64,000 bases of DNA, taken from a virus. The position numbers and the translations under genes are program-made. This document shows, one piece after another, positions 29,207-39,905 of this stretch; the stretch's first letter is position 1; the number at the start of each line of letters is the position of its first letter. A model generated the notes under the pieces. That model had not been told where the DNA came from, did no database searches, and saw nothing but the letters and a program-made list of their open reading frames with translations. Location: positions 5,090 to 69,089 of the IMG/VR virus record IMGVR_UViG_3300020442_002701. One strand, given 5' to 3'.

Positions 29207-29662
29207 ATGGAAGCATTTGATCAATTAGGCATGGATTTTGCTGATATGATTGGACCTTGGATAGCAATCCTTGTATCAATCTCTGCCGCATTTTGGTTTA
29301 AAGATTTCGCTACTAACTTTATGCAAGGGCTTAAATTTAGATTCAATCCTGCTTGGAGTGAGGGAGACGAAGTTTTGCTTGAAGGAGAACAAGCACTAAT
29401 TGTAAAAATAGGACTTAGAGAAACAGTATTTGGCACATATGGCACAAATGGATACACTTGGAGATATGTACCCAATGAGAGAATACAGTTTCTTAAATTA
29501 GAAAAAATTATTAATAAAGATCTACACTTAGACTCAGATATAGAAAAAGGACGTCGGATACAAAGTTTAATTGATAGAGCCCAAGATGCTTACATTAAGC
29601 AAAACGAAGAAGGTATTGCTAGAAATAAAGAAGACATCGAAAACTTGAAAAAAGGAAATTAA
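29207..29662 (+). CDS. MscS-like mechanosensitive channel fragment
   Basis: TM, KDFATNF..G, EGDEVLLEG, VKIGLRET, VPN. Confidence 0.65.
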   Translation: MEAFDQLGMDFADMIGPWIAILVSISAAFWFKDFATNFMQGLKFRFNPAWSEGDEVLLEGEQALIVKIGLRETVFGTYGTNGYTWRYVPNERIQFLKLEKIINKDLHLDSDIEKGRRIQSLIDRAQDAYIKQNEEGIARNKEDIENLKKGN

Positions 29663-29788
29663 ATGTCACATTGTCAAAATTGTGGTCATGAAAAACATGA
29701 CGGACCTTTATACAAAGAGTATAAGGACGGCGATAACAAGCCTATCATCATAGAAGTTTGTAAACAATATAGAAGTAAAGAAGATTAA
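29663..29788 (+). CDS. Small Cys/His protein (41 aa)
   Basis: MSHCQNCGHEKH...VCKQYRSKED; AAGGA RBS. Confidence 0.6.
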   Translation: MSHCQNCGHEKHDGPLYKEYKDGDNKPIIIEVCKQYRSKED

Positions 29789-31479
29789 GCAGTCATATAG
29801 CCAGGAGTGGCTGTTTGTTGATCATCATTCCAACTGAAGCTACCAGCTGTAACATTTCCATTTTCCATTTGCTGTTTAAAGTCTTCTGCGTCTTTGATCA
29901 TTGTGTAATCTAGTGTAGCAGTATTTAAAAGCATAATTTCTGTTATACCGTCTGCTAGATGATAACTTGCATATGCAATTTTTGTAAATGCTGGTGTAAT
30001 TTTATCGAAGTCTATGGTTTTCCCATCACCTTTTCCGGATTCTTTTACAGCCGCCGCTATAAGTGCATCAGGATTAAATGGTTTATGATGTTTGTTGGCT
30101 GTGCCATCTGCATAAGTTGCAGGTTTATTCAACTCATCATAGTTTTGTACTAAGCCTTTTTGATTTTGCGAACCGTCAATAGCATTTCTAAACAATTTAA
30201 AAGTTAAATCAAAATTACTGTAACGTAAAACTTCTTCGTTTAATTTCCTAAAACCGGTAGGGGACCAATTATATCTGCTTCCTTCTTTGGATGTTTTTTT
30301 AGCTTTATTATAGTTAAATTCTTTACCGCTCCAGTCCTGTATAGGAATTTGTTTTACAGTACCATCTTTTTGACCTTGACCAATTGTTCTTGATTCATCG
30401 GCAGTTTGCATAATAGCATTAATTCCTTCACTCCAGGCTTCCCAACCGGTGGTTGCTTTAGCAAACTTTTTACTGTTTAGTCTTCCACCCGTTTTAGCAC
30501 TGGCTTTAACTTCAATTTCTCTTGTACCAATTTTCAGATCACCCTTTTTGCCTTTTTCAGCAGGGTTACCCATCATTGATAGTGCCATCTCACCTGGACC
30601 AATTGCACCTGATGTAGTACCTGGTGAATAACTAAAAATATTTTCCTTAATAAAAGCATTGAAAACTTTTGCATACTGCCCATTTACAAATTGCTTTAGA
30701 TTTCCTCTAGGAGTAGCAATTACCCTTGTCATGTTAAGAACTTTGCCGTCAACACATGCTTGTAAAAATTCTTTAATATCTGCTGGTTGCACATCATCAT
30801 CTTCTTGCATATCGATAATTTTGCCAAACAATGCTTGTTTAAGTGTTTTTGTAAATTTCTCTGCGTTTAATGCTTTCTTACGCATTGCGGCATTCATTTT
30901 CTCAGCATCTTCCTGTTGATAACCTTGAACTTTGTTACCTAGTGTTGTTAGGATACCTGTTACTTCTCTAATAAATTTTACAGCTTCGTCTCTCTGTGCA
31001 ATAGCTGTATCTCTTTGTGCTCGAATGGTTTCAAATTTTGCAGTTACTTTATCTAATGATTTTCTAGCCCGTTCTAAAATATCATCTCTCTTTGCTGATT
31101 CACCTGCATCATCAACCCGTATTGCAGCAAGTGCCTTATATTGTAGACGCATCTCTTCTAGTTCTTGTTCAAGCTCTTTATCATCTTGTTCAATAGATTT
31201 TAATGCTGGGTCGTTGTATGTACCCTCTTGGCCTTCACCTTCTTGCACAGGCGTATCTACTTTGCCTTTGAAATACTCTATTGCTTTTTTAAGTAATCCG
31301 TTGATTCTTTTAATATCATTTGTTAATGCAACTTTTTCTTGGCTTTTCTCATCAGGAATGAGAGGAACTGATTTTTTTATAGCATCAATGTCATGTAGAG
31401 CATGTTGTACTTCCAGGCCAGCATTTGCTGATTCAATCAATTTTCTATCTATTGAATTTTTAATGTCTACAAAACGCAT
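29785..31479 (-). CDS. Coiled-coil protein with PD-(D/E)XK-like domain
   Basis: GPGE..KGDLKIGTREIEVKAS. Confidence 0.55.
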   Translation of the reverse strand: MRFVDIKNSIDRKLIESANAGLEVQHALHDIDAIKKSVPLIPDEKSQEKVALTNDIKRINGLLKKAIEYFKGKVDTPVQEGEGQEGTYNDPALKSIEQDDKELEQELEEMRLQYKALAAIRVDDAGESAKRDDILERARKSLDKVTAKFETIRAQRDTAIAQRDEAVKFIREVTGILTTLGNKVQGYQQEDAEKMNAAMRKKALNAEKFTKTLKQALFGKIIDMQEDDDVQPADIKEFLQACVDGKVLNMTRVIATPRGNLKQFVNGQYAKVFNAFIKENIFSYSPGTTSGAIGPGEMALSMMGNPAEKGKKGDLKIGTREIEVKASAKTGGRLNSKKFAKATTGWEAWSEGINAIMQTADESRTIGQGQKDGTVKQIPIQDWSGKEFNYNKAKKTSKEGSRYNWSPTGFRKLNEEVLRYSNFDLTFKLFRNAIDGSQNQKGLVQNYDELNKPATYADGTANKHHKPFNPDALIAAAVKESGKGDGKTIDFDKITPAFTKIAYASYHLADGITEIMLLNTATLDYTMIKDAEDFKQQMENGNVTAGSFSWNDDQQTATPGYMTA

Positions 31480-31715
31480 TATGATATTTCCTTAGAAATA
31501 CAGTAGATAGTTTTGACTGCATTTGATGTTGGATAGTAAGCCCTGCCAAATGCTTTAAGAGCTTCTAAATTTTCATCTACATGATCAAAACATTCTTGCT
31601 GTGTTTCGAAATACAATGGTTTTCCATGTAATGTTTCTATCTCAACAGAATCATTCAAAGGTTTTGCTAGAGGATCACCCCACCACATGACTATTGCAAT
31701 AATAAAAACTTCCAT
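31479..31715 (-). CDS. Small hypothetical protein
   Basis: Hydrophobic start, Cys pair; TATAAATA upstream. Confidence 0.65.
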   Translation of the reverse strand: MEVFIIAIVMWWGDPLAKPLNDSVEIETLHGKPLYFETQQECFDHVDENLEALKAFGRAYYPTSNAVKTIYCISKEIS

Positions 31716-31735
31716 AATATTTCCTTACAATGTAT

Positions 31736-32461
31736 TTATACTATCTTAGGAAACAACATGTCTGTGCAGAAAGTCTCTACTTCCTGTTCATTTAAGCCTA
31801 GACTCTTCATTACATTAGGTGTATGTGGATTCATTTGCTGATGTGTGCAATAATGATTATGGGCACCTGCAACTTCATCTCTACTACCCTCGCCGTCATA
31901 TTGCGGCACTTCTTCAAAATATGCATGTAGGTTATGTAGTGCAATGCCAATTATAGCATCTGCTTCTTCTTCACTTTTAACATTGCCTGCGGCTAACATA
32001 TTGTCTGAAAATATAGCTTTAGCCCAGTCAGGTAATTCTCTTTTCTTTTCAGGAATAAAATCTGCAACAGATTCATTATATCCTTTTATCATGTCATGTT
32101 CTAAATCTGTACTAGGACTAAAATCATGGAATGCTCCGGTAATTTTGTTTTTACCTGCAATTACATCAAAGCCATAGATAGGTGCATTGTTGTTTAGATT
32201 AGGAAAACAGCACACATGCATCATCCATAATCCTTTGGTATTCCTTGCATCTACAACGTCAATATGACAACGACGAAGGCTATCATTACGCCATACACGA
32301 TTAATCCAGGAACCGTCTTCTTTATTAAATTGCGATAGTCCTGGCTCTTCAAATTCTTCTGCTTTGTCATCGAATATCCTTATAATTTCATCTTGTAGAT
32401 CGATCAGCTTATCCCATATCATACTAGACTTTGGTTCAGTTACATCTTTAATTATTGTCAT
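31736..32461 (-). CDS. Ferredoxin-dependent bilin reductase (PcyX/PcyA-like)
   Basis: RRCHIDVVD, MMHVCCFP, PIYGFDVIAG, AFHDFSP, LPDWAKAIFS, YCTHQQMNPHT, LFP. Confidence 0.9.
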   Translation of the reverse strand: MTIIKDVTEPKSSMIWDKLIDLQDEIIRIFDDKAEEFEEPGLSQFNKEDGSWINRVWRNDSLRRCHIDVVDARNTKGLWMMHVCCFPNLNNNAPIYGFDVIAGKNKITGAFHDFSPSTDLEHDMIKGYNESVADFIPEKKRELPDWAKAIFSDNMLAAGNVKSEEEADAIIGIALHNLHAYFEEVPQYDGEGSRDEVAGAHNHYCTHQQMNPHTPNVMKSLGLNEQEVETFCTDMLFPKIV

Positions 32462-33314
32462 TGCCTATTCCAAAAAAATCATGATAAAAATACTGAGTGC
32501 CTTCTCTCGGTACTTTTGTTACAAACCTGCCTTTTACCACTACGCCACTTTCGCTACTTGTTTGTCCGTGATATTCACTACCATCAATATGATAGCAGTT
32601 GTCAACTGTAATAATAGGCACCTCGGTTAGATATGACATCATGGTTAAATGTGCATGATGCCAATTATTAAACAAAGTTTCCATAAATTCTCCATTGCCT
32701 CTATATCCATTTGTGCAATGGACAAAAAGTTGTAAGTCTTCTCTACCACCCATAGCAAATTGTTGTTTTGCTTCCCAAGGTATTGCTTTGTGTCCACTCC
32801 AACCATGTCCCCACATGTCGTTACATACAAGTCCTACCACATTAAATTTATATGTGTTATCACCTAATTGCCAACATTGTACACCAGAAACGTTCGGGTC
32901 ATTTTCTAAATAACTCATATCAGATGGATTAACACAAAAGCTCTTATTTGTTCTACCTCTTAAGTTGCCTTGCTTATCGTAAAATCTTATTTGGTTACGA
33001 CCAACTTCTCCAAATCTTTCTGTTTCTTTCCAAGCTGTTCCTAAGCATAAACCAACTTTGTCCTTAGCATAAGACTCAACTTGTTTAAGTCCTTCTACAA
33101 GTTTATCTGTAAACATGTTTTCGAAAGGATCAAATCCTGTACGTGCTAAGTCACCATGATCATAACCGCTTAATGCTCCTTCAGGAGTAACTAGAAAGTC
33201 GCACTTATTTTCAACTGCATAGTCAATAGCATGTTTAATTTGTTCTACATTACGTTCTACATCGGGAGTGCAAGGCATCTGTGCACCAGCGAATCTCAGT
33301 GGTACTTGCTTCAT
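32448..33314 (-). CDS. Carbon-nitrogen hydrolase (nitrilase superfamily)
   Basis: Triad VTPEGALSGY / NK / VCNDMW. Confidence 0.85.
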   Translation of the reverse strand: MKQVPLRFAGAQMPCTPDVERNVEQIKHAIDYAVENKCDFLVTPEGALSGYDHGDLARTGFDPFENMFTDKLVEGLKQVESYAKDKVGLCLGTAWKETERFGEVGRNQIRFYDKQGNLRGRTNKSFCVNPSDMSYLENDPNVSGVQCWQLGDNTYKFNVVGLVCNDMWGHGWSGHKAIPWEAKQQFAMGGREDLQLFVHCTNGYRGNGEFMETLFNNWHHAHLTMMSYLTEVPIITVDNCYHIDGSEYHGQTSSESGVVVKGRFVTKVPREGTQYFYHDFFGIGNDNN

Positions 33315-33949
33315 TCAAAGTTTTCCAATTTGATATTTACCTTTGGTACTATAGGAAATTTTAATCCCGGAGCATGAAAAACATAGTTTGTAACTAACCT
33401 GTTTTCTGTTTTTTGTGGACATGTACCAGTGTGCATTATATTAGAAGGAAATATAACCGCTCTGCCTTTTTTAGGATGTACTTCTCCTATTATTTCTAAG
33501 TTTGCATGTGGATCTTTGTCTAATGTTGATTTGTTAAAAAATCTTGTAGGACCATCACTGTCAATTATGTAATAAACCATGCTAGTCCATTCTGGAGCTC
33601 TATGATCTGCATGTGGAGGATGATATTTGTCTTTATACCTTGGGTCCATCAAATTCATGTTTGTTTTAATCTTATTGATATCTGTTATTTTACAACCAGT
33701 ATAAAGTTCTAAAAAGTATAAAACCATTCGTTGCACACCAAAAGTTTTAGGATTGTCTACTCCACCCCAATGTGATATATGACATAGCTGTGGACATTCT
33801 AATACTCTAGGATCAAGATCATCAACCATATCTTCGGTGTTTCCAGATGTCTCCGATACATAGTTCCATTCCATATCATGATGATACATATTTGCTAATA
33901 CATTTTCTAATGCTTCTGGTATAAAATTTTCAATTACTGTATAACTCAA
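33311..33949 (-). CDS. 2OG-Fe(II) oxygenase
   Basis: PHAD..YYIIDSDGPT..PKKGRAVIFP..H..R. Confidence 0.85.
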   Translation of the reverse strand: MSYTVIENFIPEALENVLANMYHHDMEWNYVSETSGNTEDMVDDLDPRVLECPQLCHISHWGGVDNPKTFGVQRMVLYFLELYTGCKITDINKIKTNMNLMDPRYKDKYHPPHADHRAPEWTSMVYYIIDSDGPTRFFNKSTLDKDPHANLEIIGEVHPKKGRAVIFPSNIMHTGTCPQKTENRLVTNYVFHAPGLKFPIVPKVNIKLENFE

Positions 33950-34484
33950 TTCCTGTCTCCATTAATTCCTTAAACAAATTGGTTGCAGAAGTAAAAACAT
34001 ATTTTGCTTCTTCGGCCATTTCGTCGTTTGTTTTTTCCCTGATTGCATCTTTAAGTTTTTGTTTATCTGTGTCAAATTGATACATTGTGCCTGACCCAGG
34101 AACTTTTTTTGCAATCATTTGTCCGCCACTAAGGTCGCCCATATGTAAAACATATATATGTGCCATTAGTGCATTTCTATCATGCATAATATATTTCATA
34201 TGCATAATATAATCTTTTGTGCTTTGAGTTAATACTGGAGGTTCAACATGTTTCCAGAGTTCTAAGTAATCTTTTTCTATTTTATGTTTACGGCTTATAT
34301 CAGGTAAGTCGTGCAATAAGCCATTTGCTCCTGCTAGAGCTTCTACTAAATCGTATTTTTTGTGTTGGTTCCAAAGGTATGTCGCATATAGTTCAGGATT
34401 AATTTTCCCACTCATTAACACCTTTACAAATTCTTGTCTTTCAGCATCTTTATGGTGTTCCCATGTTAAGTCTTTAAGACTCAT
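33930..34484 (-). CDS. Heme oxygenase
   Basis: LKDLTWEHHKDAE, AHIYVLHMGDLSGGQMI. Confidence 0.93.
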   Translation of the reverse strand: MSLKDLTWEHHKDAERQEFVKVLMSGKINPELYATYLWNQHKKYDLVEALAGANGLLHDLPDISRKHKIEKDYLELWKHVEPPVLTQSTKDYIMHMKYIMHDRNALMAHIYVLHMGDLSGGQMIAKKVPGSGTMYQFDTDKQKLKDAIREKTNDEMAEEAKYVFTSATNLFKELMETGIELYSN

Positions 34485-34501
34485 TGTATGCTCCTACGGT
34501 A

Positions 34502-34828
34502 TTATTCTTCTTCAACTTTGATTTGTAAAGGAAATCCTCTTTCGCGACTTGCGGTAGTTGCTTCAACTGCTTTTTGTTCTGCCACTTCATATGTATATAT
34601 ACCTACAGTACCACTACCTTCTGTGTGAATCTGAATCATTATTTTTTCAGCTGATTCGGCTGAATGTTTGAAAATTCCTATAAGCACTTCAACGACCCAT
34701 TCCATTGGAGTTGCATCGTCATTCATAAAAATTACTTTATACTTTAATGGTTCTGTAATTTTTTGATCGATTAATTCGTCAATCTTAACATCTAATTCTT
34801 GTGCAAATTCTACATCGTTGTTCATCAT
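34502..34828 (-). CDS. clpS: Clp protease adaptor ClpS
   Basis: YKVIFMNDDATPMEWV, IHTEG, AEQK, FPLQ. Confidence 0.93.
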   Translation of the reverse strand: MMNNDVEFAQELDVKIDELIDQKITEPLKYKVIFMNDDATPMEWVVEVLIGIFKHSAESAEKIMIQIHTEGSGTVGIYTYEVAEQKAVEATTASRERGFPLQIKVEEE

Positions 34829-34841
34829 ATATCCTATCTGC

Positions 34842-34864
34842 TTAGGGGGTATTATACCCCCTAA
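34842..34864. terminator. Intergenic hairpin
   Basis: TTAGGGGGTA-TTA-TACCCCCTAA; no clear U tract. Confidence 0.5.
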
Positions 34865-34876
34865 ACATTTCCCGTG

Positions 34877-35335
34877 TTAGCCTTCGATAGTTGGACCTGC
34901 GTTGATCTCAATTTTCTTAGGTTTCATCTCTTCAGGAACATTTCTTACTAGATGTACATTTAACATGCCATTTTCTAGTTTTGCTGATTTAACATCAACG
35001 TGTTCTGCAAGAGTGAACTCTCTAACAAAGTTTCTTCCTGCGATACCTCTGTGAAGATAGTTTACTTCATCGTCACCTTTTGGTGCTTTACCTTCAATTT
35101 TAAGAACATCTTTGTCCTTTTCAATTGTAAGTGCATCCATACCAAAACCAGCAACAGCGATTGAGATCATAAACTCATCGTCATTTAGTTTTGCTATATT
35201 ATATGGTGGGTATCCTCCAGAACCATTAGCAGGACTATTTTCAAACACTCTGTCCATTTCATCGAACAGTCTGTCAAATCCTATAAAGCTTCTGTGGAAA
35301 GTACCGGGTAGGTTTAGAGTTGTTAGTCTTGTCAT
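34877..35335 (-). CDS. Small heat shock protein Hsp20 (IbpA-like)
   Basis: IGFDR, YPPYNI, AVAGF, YLHRGIA, ENGML. Confidence 0.95.
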   Translation of the reverse strand: MTRLTTLNLPGTFHRSFIGFDRLFDEMDRVFENSPANGSGGYPPYNIAKLNDDEFMISIAVAGFGMDALTIEKDKDVLKIEGKAPKGDDEVNYLHRGIAGRNFVREFTLAEHVDVKSAKLENGMLNVHLVRNVPEEMKPKKIEINAGPTIEG

Positions 35336-35462
35336 TTTTTTCTCCTTTATTAAGCAAGATTAATATTTAGGACCCAAACATTTGGCATCCCAGTACAAAA
35401 AGAACTCTTCTTCTTGTACATAGTTATTTATCATTATAAAACTGCATAATGATAAAATTCGA

Positions 35463-36515
35463 TCAATTTTGGTTAAATTGATTGAATACATTATTGACTT
35501 GGTTATTAACACGTACAAATGTTGTGCATTTAGCCATATCTTTAAGCCTTTTAGCACCTATATACGTACATGCACTTCTAACCCCGCCTAAAATCTCAGT
35601 TAAGGTGTCTTTAACAGGTCCTCTGTGTGGTAAAGATACAACTTTACCTTCAGCACCTCTATATCCGTCTTTTCGTCTGCCATGCCTAGCCATTGCTTCA
35701 TCTGAACTCATGCCGTAAAATGTGACTTTCCCGTTTACAACATCTCCTTCTGATTCATCGTGTCCCGCTAACATTCCACCTAGCATGACAAAATGAGCGC
35801 CTGCTCCAAATGCTTTTGCGACATCTCCTGGATACACACAACCACCATCTGCAATTACATGTCCACCAATACCATTTGCGGCATCAGCACATTCAATTAC
35901 TCCTGAAAGTTGTGGTACACCAACACCTGTTTGTAATCTTGTAGTACATACAGATCCCGGCCCAATGCCTACTTTCACTATGTCTGCACCTCTGATAATT
36001 AATTCTTCTGTCATTTCTCCTGTAACAACATTACCAGCAATGATAGTTTTATCTGGATATTTGTTTCTTAGATCTTCTATAAAGTCCCCAAAGTTTTCAT
36101 GATATGCATTTGCAACATCTACACATATGAATTTAATGTCTGGGTATGAAGCAAGAACTTGATTCATTGTGTTATAATCTTCTGCGTCTTTATCCCATAT
36201 GTATCCAGTGCCTGTGCAAACACTAATATATTTTAATTTAATTCCGTTACCTACTGCTTCTTTCCAATCATCAAAAGTGTTGTGTTTGCCTATCACAGTT
36301 AACATTTTGTGATCTTGTAGAACCTTCGCCATTGAAAATGTTCCAACGCCGTCCATATTGCTAGACATAATTGGTACACCTGTCCATTCTTGGCCACTGT
36401 TATGGAATTTAAATGTTCTAAGTAAATCTACGTCTCTACGGCTTTCTAATTTACTTCTTTTAGGTTTGAATAAAACGTCACTATAATCCAGCTTGATATC
36501 TTGTTCAATCCTCAT
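35463..36515 (-). CDS. guaC: GMP reductase
   Basis: [39 protein letters not shown]; no CBS domains. Confidence 0.93.
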   Translation of the reverse strand: MRIEQDIKLDYSDVLFKPKRSKLESRRDVDLLRTFKFHNSGQEWTGVPIMSSNMDGVGTFSMAKVLQDHKMLTVIGKHNTFDDWKEAVGNGIKLKYISVCTGTGYIWDKDAEDYNTMNQVLASYPDIKFICVDVANAYHENFGDFIEDLRNKYPDKTIIAGNVVTGEMTEELIIRGADIVKVGIGPGSVCTTRLQTGVGVPQLSGVIECADAANGIGGHVIADGGCVYPGDVAKAFGAGAHFVMLGGMLAGHDESEGDVVNGKVTFYGMSSDEAMARHGRRKDGYRGAEGKVVSLPHRGPVKDTLTEILGGVRSACTYIGAKRLKDMAKCTTFVRVNNQVNNVFNQFNQN

Positions 36516-36518
36516 GTC

Positions 36519-36788
36519 CTAATATCCTTGTTCTGCTAAACGTTTTTTCATTGCACGTTCATGCCGTCTTTTTGCCGCGGCTTTATCACGTTTACGTTTT
36601 TCACTTGGCTTTACGTATTCTTGACGTTCTCTATACTCTTGTAACACACCAGACTCTTGTACCTTCTTTTTAAATTTACGTAGAGCTGCATTAACATCAC
36701 CGTTACGTACTTCAACGTAAATGCCTTTGCCTTGTTGTGTTGGCTCTTTGTGCCAGTGTCTAGGTCGTCTGTTTCTGTAGTTCTGCAA
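36519..36788 (-). CDS. rpsU: Ribosomal protein bS21
   Basis: VNAALRKFKKKVQESGVLQEYRERQEYVKPSEKRK. Confidence 0.92.
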   Translation of the reverse strand: MQNYRNRRPRHWHKEPTQQGKGIYVEVRNGDVNAALRKFKKKVQESGVLQEYRERQEYVKPSEKRKRDKAAAKRRHERAMKKRLAEQGY

Positions 36789-37215
36789 GTTTTGCTCCTA
36801 TATGTTCAACCAAATAATCTAAATGGTATATTCTTTTATTACTTAACTTATTATAATACATATCTGGTGCTTTTGTCAACCAGAAAGTATTGGTATTGGC
36901 AATAATATATGATGCCAAATCTCTTATAGTAGGTGGGCAATTATCTATATCCAAAATTACAAAATCGGCTACATGGACATGCCGTAGTAACCAATCATAA
37001 TCATGTACATCCGTTTTTTCTAATTTGATATCTTCAACTTGTAAACGTTCTTTAGGTTCTTGTGTTTCGTAGATATATGTTGTAAAAGGGTCATCAAATT
37101 TCATTATAAGATTTTGAAATTCGTCTTTTACATCTCTGCTTGGGTATACTAATAAAAAACTTACATTGTTTGTCAGCAATGTATCTGGTGGTGTAACGAC
37201 CGTTAAATCACTCAT
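36760..37215 (-). CDS. Hypothetical protein
   Basis: Coupled ORF. Confidence 0.7.
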   Translation of the reverse strand: MSDLTVVTPPDTLLTNNVSFLLVYPSRDVKDEFQNLIMKFDDPFTTYIYETQEPKERLQVEDIKLEKTDVHDYDWLLRHVHVADFVILDIDNCPPTIRDLASYIIANTNTFWLTKAPDMYYNKLSNKRIYHLDYLVEHIGAKLAELQKQTT

Positions 37216-39043
37216 TCTTATCTCTTATGTTTCTCCAATTAGTATCTTCAGTTTGTTCTTCGTTCTGTATATATCCGGAGTCAACGGTCGTTTGATCCGA
37301 ATCTGAACTTATATCATTAATAGGTGTTTGTACACTTTCGTTTTCAGGAAGTTTAAGAGCTTCTTCAACGGTAGCAGTTTCTGGCAAAGGCTCTAGTTCC
37401 GCTTGCATTTTTTCTGAGAAAGATTGTTCTTCTTCGTCTAAATACTTTTCCCAGGGAAATTCATCTATCTCGCCTAATAAGTATTTTTCCTTAAAACTTT
37501 TGATAGTCTTATTAGGATTCATATCCTTCCATTTTCTTTTTGCTTCTGTCCATAAAGGATGTTTATCAAGTTCATCTATTTGTTCTTCAGTAAGTCTTAC
37601 TTTTGGTTTGTGAACTTCTTTTTGCTGATATTCTTTTGCGATTTCTTTTGTTTCTTCCTTGATTTCATCGTCTATGTTTTTAATTTCTTCGTCAATCAGT
37701 TGATCTATGTCTGGCGTCTCTTCAACAACTCCTTTTTCAATTTCATTCTCATAAGTTTTATCTTCTTCTGGCGTAGGCTCAGGTGCGGAGTTTTCAACAA
37801 TTTTTTTGGCTCTTGCTTTTTCATAATCTTCCCAGGCTGTATCTTTTTTTCCTGGCCTGGCAAATTGGAACGTATATTGGCTTGCAATTAAGAGTAAAAC
37901 TGCAAGAGGATCAAATACAAAAATAATTAGAATAATTACCCATCTTACGGCTTCTTCTAATAAATCTCTATCTGCTTCCTCACCATATATAAATTCCGCG
38001 ATATATTTGATAGGTCCTACTTCTGCTTCAAGTTTTCTATATTCTGCTTCTATAGTATACTTTTGTTCTGTAAGAGTATCAATTTCTGTGTTAGCATTTT
38101 TAATTTTTAGTAAATTTTCTTCAATAAGTTCTGTATTATTATCAGGAGTGATACTGCCTATTTCTGCACGTAATTTGTTTATTACTTTGTTAGAATCTGC
38201 AATTTCTTGCTCAGCTATTTTTCTAAGTCTTTTTATTTCTTCGTTAGCGGCTTTGATTATAGGGGATTCTTTTTCTTCTATTTGTGAAATAGTTTTAAGT
38301 ATGCTTTCACGTTTAGCAATAAGTCCGTCTCTGTAATTTTCAACTTGCTTGGCTGTTCTACTTCCGTATGTACCATCTACCCTAGTACCAACAATACTTT
38401 GTAATCTACGTATACTGTCGCTATCACGTCTGTTAAGTAAATCTGATAGTGTTTGCAGATCAGCATCTATATTAGATACTTGTGCTAGATAAGGTTCAAT
38501 TTTCTTATCTTTTCTAACAATTTCTTGTTGTATTAGATTTTGTTGTTCTTTTACTAATGGTTGTATTCTATCGTAGGCAGTATCAATACGTTTTTGTTCT
38601 CTATCAATTTGGTCTTGTATTGTATCGTTTTTGTTAGCACCTTTGTTCTCAGCTAATTCAATTTTGTTTTCTGCTTTGTCAATGATAACTTTGTATCTGT
38701 TAATTTCTGTTTCAATTTGATTGATTTTTTCAACAGATTCTATACTTGCAGAAGTTTGTTCGATATGTGCTTTAGAAAGATAGCCAAAGATACCCATAGA
38801 TGTTATAAACATCAATACTGCAACCGCAGTTGCAAGGTAGTATTTTAACCACCATTTTGCTTGTGACCAATATTTGTGTAACCATACTGCGGTGACTAGT
38901 TTAGAAACTTCTAGTACACCTCCCATTATAATAATAGGAATAACTGCGGCGGCAAAAATAGCCGCCAATCCTGCAACAGAATAATAAATCGCGACCGCAC
39001 TTATACATAGTGCAGTAAACATCACTAATAAACCAAATACCAT
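37208..39043 (-). CDS. Membrane protein with long coiled coil and peptidoglycan-binding-like motif
   Basis: 3 N-terminal TM, LQSIVGTRVDGTYGSRT, further TM, acidic tail. Confidence 0.72.
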   Translation of the reverse strand: MVFGLLVMFTALCISAVAIYYSVAGLAAIFAAAVIPIIIMGGVLEVSKLVTAVWLHKYWSQAKWWLKYYLATAVAVLMFITSMGIFGYLSKAHIEQTSASIESVEKINQIETEINRYKVIIDKAENKIELAENKGANKNDTIQDQIDREQKRIDTAYDRIQPLVKEQQNLIQQEIVRKDKKIEPYLAQVSNIDADLQTLSDLLNRRDSDSIRRLQSIVGTRVDGTYGSRTAKQVENYRDGLIAKRESILKTISQIEEKESPIIKAANEEIKRLRKIAEQEIADSNKVINKLRAEIGSITPDNNTELIEENLLKIKNANTEIDTLTEQKYTIEAEYRKLEAEVGPIKYIAEFIYGEEADRDLLEEAVRWVIILIIFVFDPLAVLLLIASQYTFQFARPGKKDTAWEDYEKARAKKIVENSAPEPTPEEDKTYENEIEKGVVEETPDIDQLIDEEIKNIDDEIKEETKEIAKEYQQKEVHKPKVRLTEEQIDELDKHPLWTEAKRKWKDMNPNKTIKSFKEKYLLGEIDEFPWEKYLDEEEQSFSEKMQAELEPLPETATVEEALKLPENESVQTPINDISSDSDQTTVDSGYIQNEEQTEDTNWRNIRDKNE

Positions 39044-39091
39044 ATATCCCCTCGTACCGTGCCCTTAAATCTTTTGTATGTTATATTTATT

Positions 39092-39595
39092 TTAATTTCG
39101 GAAGAACTTCCATTGATTACCCTTCAAACAAGCTCTATCTGTGAAGTTCTTACTACTACCCTTATACCATATTGTACTCATAAGTGTAGTGCATGTGTTC
39201 GAATCAACACGGGCAACAAATACTTCACCGCTTGCATTTGTAGTATTACCGTACCATTTGCAACTTTGTCCTGGTGGTAATGTATCTAAAGCAAAGTAAA
39301 CACACCTTTCGTGTCTTTGTCTATCTTCTGCAGGCACAGAATATGCACTATGCTTACCTAAATTAAACACAACAGAGTAAATAGATTCTGGTGAAGAGTA
39401 ATTAGATGCCGTACTCATCTGCCCATAATATGGATTATGGGATTGACAAGCAGTAAGACTAATAACGATACCTACCGTCAACAGCCTGCCAGCTACCGTC
39501 CGGAAATTGGCAAAGAAATCCTTGTACATTTTTTTGTGTCCCTCGTATATTTGCAACAGTTTGATAAGGACGACATTTTTTTGCAATTCCTGCAT
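39092..39595 (-). CDS. Lipoprotein (true start likely internal)
   Basis: Lipobox SLTAC. Confidence 0.65.
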   Translation of the reverse strand: MQELQKNVVLIKLLQIYEGHKKMYKDFFANFRTVAGRLLTVGIVISLTACQSHNPYYGQMSTASNYSSPESIYSVVFNLGKHSAYSVPAEDRQRHERCVYFALDTLPPGQSCKWYGNTTNASGEVFVARVDSNTCTTLMSTIWYKGSSKNFTDRACLKGNQWKFFRN

Positions 39596-39905
39596 CTTTT
39601 ACAAAATGTCGAACTTTGGGTTTATCTGAACATTCAACTACAGTATCGTTACTGACTACTTGATTGTTTTTGTCATAAACAATTTTTTCGTCAGTATAAC
39701 AATATTGTGCAGTTTCAATAGGGGGTGTTGTTGATGAACACCCTCCTAAACTAATTATTAGTATGCTTGATAGCACTAACACGTTTCGCATTTCTATCAT
39801 CTTTCGCTTCTGCAAGAAGTTTATCAAAAACTTGTAATGGCATTTTGATTCGTACATATGTGTGTACTCTACCAGTAGATGCAAGTTCGTATGCATGTTT
39901 TTCAA
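39459..39905 (-). CDS. Lipoprotein (true start likely MRNVL)
   Basis: Lipobox LGGC; C-terminal CQFPDGSWQ. Confidence 0.65.
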   Translation of the reverse strand: MKNMHTNLHLLVEYTHMYESKCHYKFLINFLQKRKMIEMRNVLVLSSILIISLGGCSSTTPPIETAQYCYTDEKIVYDKNNQVVSNDTVVECSDKPKVRHFVKDAGIAKKCRPYQTVANIRGTQKNVQGFLCQFPDGSWQAVDGRYRY

